Assembly: GCA_963725865.1 (NCBI GenBank)
Contig: CAVSAC010000012.1
Location: 832,001 to 896,000, forward strand
Length of the DNA stretch: 64,000 nucleotides
Direction of reading: 5' to 3'
Origin: Candidatus Eiseniibacteriota bacterium
GTDB lineage: Bacteria; Eisenbacteria; RBG-16-71-46
Position 1 is the first letter of the stretch. Every line of letters begins with the position of its first letter. Below the pieces are notes generated by a model. It was not told where the DNA came from. It ran no database searches and saw nothing but the letters and a program-made list of their open reading frames with translations. Below are positions 59,274 to 64,000 of this stretch, piece by piece. The position numbers and the translations under genes are program-made.

Positions 59274-59867
59274 ATGCGTTCCTCCCGCATCCGTCCTCTG
59301 GCCGTCGGGGTGCTCGCCGTGTCGCTCGCGGCGGCGCTGGCGACCGGCTGCGGCTCGCGGCACTCCCCGAGCGGCGCGGCGGCGAGCGGCGAGCTGCCGG
59401 ACCAGGAAGTGAGCGATTTCGTGCTCACCGAGACCGACCAGGGCACGCCCGCCTGGCGCCTGTTCGCGCGCTACGCCGCGACCTACAGCGCCCGCAACCT
59501 GATCACCGCCCGCGGCGTGCGGGTGGACTTCTTCGACCGCGAGGGCAAGGGCACCTCGACGCTCACCGCCCGCGAAGGCGAGATCCACCAGACCACGCGC
59601 GACATGACCGCCCGCGGCAACGTGGTGCTCAAGAGCGCCGAAGGCACCCGGATGTCGACCGAGGAGATGCACTTCACCAACCAGAATCAGCGCATCCTGG
59701 TCCCGGTCGATCGCCTGGTCCGCGTCGAGCGCGCCGGCGACGTCCTGACCGGCTACGGCTTCGAGAGCGATCCCGAGCTGCGGCATTTCGAGTTCAAGCG
59801 CGACGTGAGCGCGCTCGTTCGCACGCGCTCCGGCGGCATCATCGGCCCGCCCGAGGGGAAGCAGTGA
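59274..59867 (+). CDS. lptC: LPS export protein LptC
   Basis: N-terminal anchor, PDQE..DF.L.ET..G...W.L.A, STLTAREG, A.GNVV, LTG.GFESD; precedes lptB. Confidence 0.85.
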   Translation: MRSSRIRPLAVGVLAVSLAAALATGCGSRHSPSGAAASGELPDQEVSDFVLTETDQGTPAWRLFARYAATYSARNLITARGVRVDFFDREGKGTSTLTAREGEIHQTTRDMTARGNVVLKSAEGTRMSTEEMHFTNQNQRILVPVDRLVRVERAGDVLTGYGFESDPELRHFEFKRDVSALVRTRSGGIIGPPEGKQ

Positions 59868-60628
59868 GCGACCTGCCCGCGACCCCCACGCCCACCCCGT
59901 GCGACCGGCCCGGCCTGCTTGCCGAGAAGCTGGTGCGCTACTACGGGAAGTGGCGCGTGGTGAGCGACGTCACCATCGAGGTGCGCTGCGGCGAGGTGGT
60001 CGGACTGCTGGGGCCCAACGGCGCGGGCAAGACGACGTCCTTCTACATGATCGTCGGACTGCTGCGGCCGGCCGAGGGGCGGATCCTGCTCGACGGGCGG
60101 GACATCACGCAGGAGCCCGTCTACCGGCGCGCCCGCATGGGTCTCGGCTATCTGGCGCAGGAGCCCAGCATCTTCCGGCGGCTCAACGTGCGCGACAACG
60201 TGCTGGCCGTGCTCGAGACCATGGAGCTCACGCCGGCCCGGCGGCGCGAGCGACTCGACCAGCTGCTCGACGATCTCAACCTCACGCATCTGGCGGACCG
60301 CCAGGCGACCAAGCTCTCCGGCGGCGAGCGCCGACGGGTCGAGATCACACGCGCCCTCGCGCGCGAGCCGTCCTACATGCTGCTCGACGAGCCGTTCGTC
60401 GGGATCGACCCGATCGCCGTCGCCGAGATCCAGGACATCGTCCGGCGCTTGCGCGATCGCGGCCTCGGCGTGCTGATCACCGACCACAACGTCCGGGAGA
60501 CGCTGCGCATCACCGACCGGGCGTACATCATGTACGAGGGGCGCATCCTGCTGCAGGGAACCGCGGAGGAGCTGGCGCAGGACGCCCGCGCGCGGGAGAT
60601 CTACCTCGGCGAGCGCTTCAGCCTCTAG
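59864..60628 (+). CDS. lptB: LPS export ABC transporter ATPase LptB
   Basis: GLLGPNGAGKTTSFYMIVGL, YLAQEPSIFR, LSGGERRRVEI, LLDEPF.GIDP, ITDHNVRETL, YLGERF. Confidence 0.97.
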   Translation: MSDLPATPTPTPCDRPGLLAEKLVRYYGKWRVVSDVTIEVRCGEVVGLLGPNGAGKTTSFYMIVGLLRPAEGRILLDGRDITQEPVYRRARMGLGYLAQEPSIFRRLNVRDNVLAVLETMELTPARRRERLDQLLDDLNLTHLADRQATKLSGGERRRVEITRALAREPSYMLLDEPFVGIDPIAVAEIQDIVRRLRDRGLGVLITDHNVRETLRITDRAYIMYEGRILLQGTAEELAQDARAREIYLGERFSL

Positions 60629-60644
60629 CCCCCAGGACCCCACG

Positions 60645-62081
60645 ATGGAAATGAAACCTTCGCTGAACCTGACGATGCGGCCGGCGCTCATCATGACGCC
60701 GCGGCTGCAGCAGGCCCTCAAGCTGCTCCAGGTCCCGACCCTCGAGCTCCAGGCGATCCTCAAGCTGGAGATCATGCAGAACCCGCTGCTCGAGGAGGTC
60801 GACGAGATCGTCGACAGCGAAGACCTCGAGAAGGAGGACTCGCCCGAGGAGACCGCGAATCAGGAGTCCGAGGATCCCGCCGAGGACGACCCCATCGACT
60901 GGTCGGACTACATGCAGGACGGTGCGCTCGACCGCGCGTACATCCCGGAGAGCGAGACGGTCCAGGAGTTCCTCGAGAAGGTGCCGGTCACGCGCACCAC
61001 GCTAGCGGAGTCGCTGCTCGAGCAGTTGCACTTCCTGGAGCTGAGCCCGACGCGGCTGACGGTGTGCGAGTTCCTCGTCGGCTCGCTCGACGACCGGGGC
61101 TTCATCGCCACGCCGCTCGACGAGGTCGCGCAGGCGGTCGGCGCGCCGCCGGAGGAGATCGAGGCGGCCCTGCAGGTCGTGCAGACGCTGGAGCCGATCG
61201 GGGTCGGGGCGCGCGATCTGCGGGAGTGTCTGCTGCTCCAGCTCGCGGCGCGCGGCGAGCGCGACACGCTGCCTTGGCGCCTGATCCACGACCAGTTCGA
61301 CAACCTCGTGAACCGCCGCTTCCCCGAGATCGCACGCCAGCTCCGGTGCTCGGTCGAGGAGGTGCAGGCGGCGGCCGACGTGATCGCGACGTTGAATCCG
61401 CGGCCGGGCCTGCAGGTCTCGAGCGAGGACCCGAAGTACGTGGTGCCCGACCTGCTCGTGGAGCGCGTCGACGAGGAGTACGTGGTGCTGCTGAACGACC
61501 GCCACTTGCCGCGGCTGCGCATCTCCTCGGCGTACGAGGGCGTGCTGCGGGAGAAGAAGAAGGCCGACGCGACCACCGGCGAGCTGAAGACGCGCGAATA
61601 CATCCAGGGCAAGCTCAACTCCGCGCGCTGGCTGATCCAAACCATCGAGCAGCGCCGCCGCACCATGATCAAGGTCATGAACTGCATCATCCGCGAGCAG
61701 CGCGAGTTCTTCGACAAGGGCATCGCGTTCCTGCGGCCTCTGACGCTCCAGCAGGTGGCGCGCCAGATCGACATGCACGAATCCACCGTGAGCCGTGTCT
61801 GCAGCGGCAAGTACGTGCAGACCCCCCGCGGCGTGTTCGAGCTGAAATTCTTCTTCTCGAGCGGCCTCGAGACCGAGGATGGCGAGGACGTCTCGGCTCG
61901 CACGGCCAAGGACATCATCAAGACCCTCATCGACGAGGAGGACAAGAAGGAACCCCTGTCGGACCAGCACATCGCCGAACTGCTCCATCAGCGCGGGCTC
62001 AAGATCGCCCGGCGGACGGTGGCGAAGTACCGCGAACAGCTGAACATCCTGCCGGCGCGCTTCCGCCGGCGGGTCGCCTGA
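60645..62081 (+). CDS. rpoN: RNA polymerase sigma-54 factor
   Basis: MTPRLQQALKLLQ, NPLLE, GVGARDLRECL, HESTVSR, RpoN box ARRTVAKYRE. Confidence 0.98.
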   Translation: MEMKPSLNLTMRPALIMTPRLQQALKLLQVPTLELQAILKLEIMQNPLLEEVDEIVDSEDLEKEDSPEETANQESEDPAEDDPIDWSDYMQDGALDRAYIPESETVQEFLEKVPVTRTTLAESLLEQLHFLELSPTRLTVCEFLVGSLDDRGFIATPLDEVAQAVGAPPEEIEAALQVVQTLEPIGVGARDLRECLLLQLAARGERDTLPWRLIHDQFDNLVNRRFPEIARQLRCSVEEVQAAADVIATLNPRPGLQVSSEDPKYVVPDLLVERVDEEYVVLLNDRHLPRLRISSAYEGVLREKKKADATTGELKTREYIQGKLNSARWLIQTIEQRRRTMIKVMNCIIREQREFFDKGIAFLRPLTLQQVARQIDMHESTVSRVCSGKYVQTPRGVFELKFFFSSGLETEDGEDVSARTAKDIIKTLIDEEDKKEPLSDQHIAELLHQRGLKIARRTVAKYREQLNILPARFRRRVA

Positions 62082-62158
62082 TCTTCGGACGTCGCGGCGC
62101 GGCCACGGCCGGACGCGTCGCGGGGGCCGGCTCACGCAGGCCGGGGGAAGGTTGGACC

Positions 62159-62533
62159 ATGCAGATCACCACGACGGCACGACACTGCGACCTGGATTCC
62201 GAGCTTCGCACTTTCGTCGAGCAGCGCCTGGGACGGTTCCAGCGCTACGCCGGCGACATCCTCGAGGCGCACCTCGTCATCACCGCGGAGAAGTACCGGC
62301 ACATCGCCGAGATCACGGTGCGCCTGCGACAGAATCAGATAGTGGGCCGCGAGGAGGCGACCGACGCCCGCATGGCGATCGACCGCGCGGCCGACGCGCT
62401 GGAGGAGCAGCTCCGGCGCCTCAAGGAGCGCCGCGTGGACCGCAAGCACGAGGCTCGCGGGAGCACGCGCGTGGTCAACGGCCACGCGGCCCCGTCCGCC
62501 GAGGACGAGGGAGCGACTGGCTTCGAGGACTGA
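62159..62533 (+). CDS. hpf: Ribosome hibernation promoting factor (short HPF/RaiA)
   Basis: MQITTTARH, AIDRAADALEEQLRRLKER; follows rpoN. Confidence 0.9.
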   Translation: MQITTTARHCDLDSELRTFVEQRLGRFQRYAGDILEAHLVITAEKYRHIAEITVRLRQNQIVGREEATDARMAIDRAADALEEQLRRLKERRVDRKHEARGSTRVVNGHAAPSAEDEGATGFED

Positions 62534-62537
62534 GATC

Positions 62538-63509
62538 GTGAACACGCTGAGCGTCGCGCGGCTGTTCGAGGATCAGCGCCAGGAGCTCCAGCTCGAGCAG
62601 CTCACGGAATCGATGGCCTCGAGCCTCGAGATCACGGTGAGCGACATCCATCGGCCCGGCATGGCGCTGATGGGATTCGTCGAGAATTTCCTGCCCGAGC
62701 GCATCCAGATCCTGGCGCAGACCGAGCTGACCTACCTCGCGACGCTCACGCCGAGCGACGTGCGGTTGGCGATCGACCGGCTGTTCCAGTTCCAGATGCC
62801 GCTCATCGTGGTGTGCAAGGCGCTCGAGGTGCCGCCCTACCTGATCCAGCGCGCGAACCAGACCCAGACCCCGGTGCTGCGCACCCCGCAGAGCACCACG
62901 CCCTTCATCCACTCGCTGACCGGCTACCTCGACCACCTGTTCGCGCCGCAGGTCTCGGTCCACGGATCGCTGGTGGACGTCTACGGGGTGGGGCTGATGT
63001 TCACGGGGCGCAGCGCGATCGGCAAGTCGGAGACCGCGCTCGACCTGGTCGAGCGCGGCCATCGGCTGGTGGCCGACGACGTCGTCACGATCACGCGGCG
63101 CCACGGCGATCTGCTGATCGGTACCGGGAACCAGCTCCTGCGCCACCACATGGAGATCCGCGGTCTCGGCATCATCGACGTGCAGGCGATCTTCGGCATC
63201 CGCTCGATCCGCCTGCAGAAGCGCATCGAGGTCGAAGTGCAGCTCACCGAGTGGTCGAACGAGGCCGACTACGAGCGGGTGGGCCTGGACGAGCGCAAGA
63301 CCACGCACCTCGGCGTGGAGATCCCGCTCGTCACGGTGCCCATCACGCCGGGCAAGAACATCACGGTGATCGCCGAGGTGATCGCGCTCAACTACCTGGT
63401 CAAGGTCACCGCGGGCTACTCGCCGGCCGAGCGCCTGAATCAGCACCTGCTCGAGTTGATGAAGCGCAAGAGCGCCGCCAAGGCGTGGGTGCGGGCGGAC
63501 ACCGAGTGA
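62538..63509 (+). CDS. hprK: HPr kinase/phosphorylase
   Basis: HRPG.AL.G, ERIQI, HGSLVDVYGVG, G.S.IGKSETAL.L..RGHRLVADD, MEIRGLGIIDV, PGKN. Confidence 0.97.
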   Translation: MNTLSVARLFEDQRQELQLEQLTESMASSLEITVSDIHRPGMALMGFVENFLPERIQILAQTELTYLATLTPSDVRLAIDRLFQFQMPLIVVCKALEVPPYLIQRANQTQTPVLRTPQSTTPFIHSLTGYLDHLFAPQVSVHGSLVDVYGVGLMFTGRSAIGKSETALDLVERGHRLVADDVVTITRRHGDLLIGTGNQLLRHHMEIRGLGIIDVQAIFGIRSIRLQKRIEVEVQLTEWSNEADYERVGLDERKTTHLGVEIPLVTVPITPGKNITVIAEVIALNYLVKVTAGYSPAERLNQHLLELMKRKSAAKAWVRADTE

Positions 63510-63904
63510 TGGCGCGCGTCCCGGTGCTGCTCGTGACCCACGCTGATCTCGCGGCGGCGCTGCTGCGCGCGGCCGAGACGGTGTACGGGCCGGCCGAGGA
63601 CATCGCGATCCTCAGCAACGAGGGACTCTCTCGCGACGGGCTGGAGGAGGCCATCGAGCGGCAGGTCGAGCATTGGACGCATGGCGGGCTGGTGCTCACC
63701 GATTTCTGGGGCGGCTCGTGCACGCTGTGCGGCCTGGCGGCGGCGCGTGGCCGCGGCGAGGTGGTCGTCGTCAGCGGCCTCAACCTCCCTATCTTGCTCG
63801 ACTACCTCCACAATCGCGACCAGGCCGACGTGTTCGCGCTCGCCGAGCGCCTGCAGAAGAAGGGGCAGGACAGCATCCGGGTCCAACGCGGGCAGCCGGC
63901 ATGA
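63509..63904 (+). CDS. PTS mannose/fructose-type IIA component
   Basis: LLVTH..LA, VLTDFWGGS, VSGLNLP. Confidence 0.88.
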   Translation: MARVPVLLVTHADLAAALLRAAETVYGPAEDIAILSNEGLSRDGLEEAIERQVEHWTHGGLVLTDFWGGSCTLCGLAAARGRGEVVVVSGLNLPILLDYLHNRDQADVFALAERLQKKGQDSIRVQRGQPA

Positions 63905-64000
63905 GCTGGCTCCTCGCGCGCGTCGACGATCGCCTCATCCACGGCCAGGTGGTGGTGGCGTGGGGGCAGCGGCTGAAGCCGGCGCGCATCTGGGTGGCGG
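63901..64000 (+). CDS. PTS mannose/sorbose-type IIB component (3'-truncated)
   Basis: MSWLLARVDDRLIHGQVVVAW signature. Confidence 0.88.
   Translation, partial: MSWLLARVDDRLIHGQVVVAWGQRLKPARIWVA

Overview
A very GC-rich diderm bacterial chromosome segment, mostly core genes. It carries uvrB-nadC-birA-tatC-coaX, an M28 peptidase/TolB-like/groEL set, dapE-dapC-dapD, folB-folK-deoxynucleoside kinase-panB-panC, ppiD, a PAS histidine kinase with a sigma54 (NtrC-family) regulator, uvrA, rtcB, sdhCAB, pheA, radical SAM-rng, amt, rplU-rpmA-mdh, kdsB-pyrG-kdsA-kdsC-kdsD, a nirK-cytochrome c fusion and lptC-lptB-rpoN-hpf-hprK-PTS IIA/IIB. I saw no rRNA, tRNA, CRISPR array, transposase or integrase. The most striking uncalled element lies in the 'intergenic' gap at 30.25-31.0 kb, directly after the two-component pair. 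It contains enhancer-like GTCAAG-N3-CTTGAC sites, a correctly spaced sigma54 -24/-12 promoter and a structured leader. A perfect Shine-Dalgarno then precedes a 22-aa histone-H1/protamine-like micro-ORF (MAAKKKAAKKKATKKKAAKKKK), followed by a terminator-like hairpin and a further hairpin array. Other points: a sigma54 site overlapping the sigma70 promoter of the rpoN operon, a histone-like repeat arm frameshifted from DapC, several leaderless genes, an eIF-2B-like gene at the end of the sdh operon, and frameshifts (sdhA, a DUF1801-like gene) that may be sequencing errors. All functional calls come from motif recognition by eye, not database searches.
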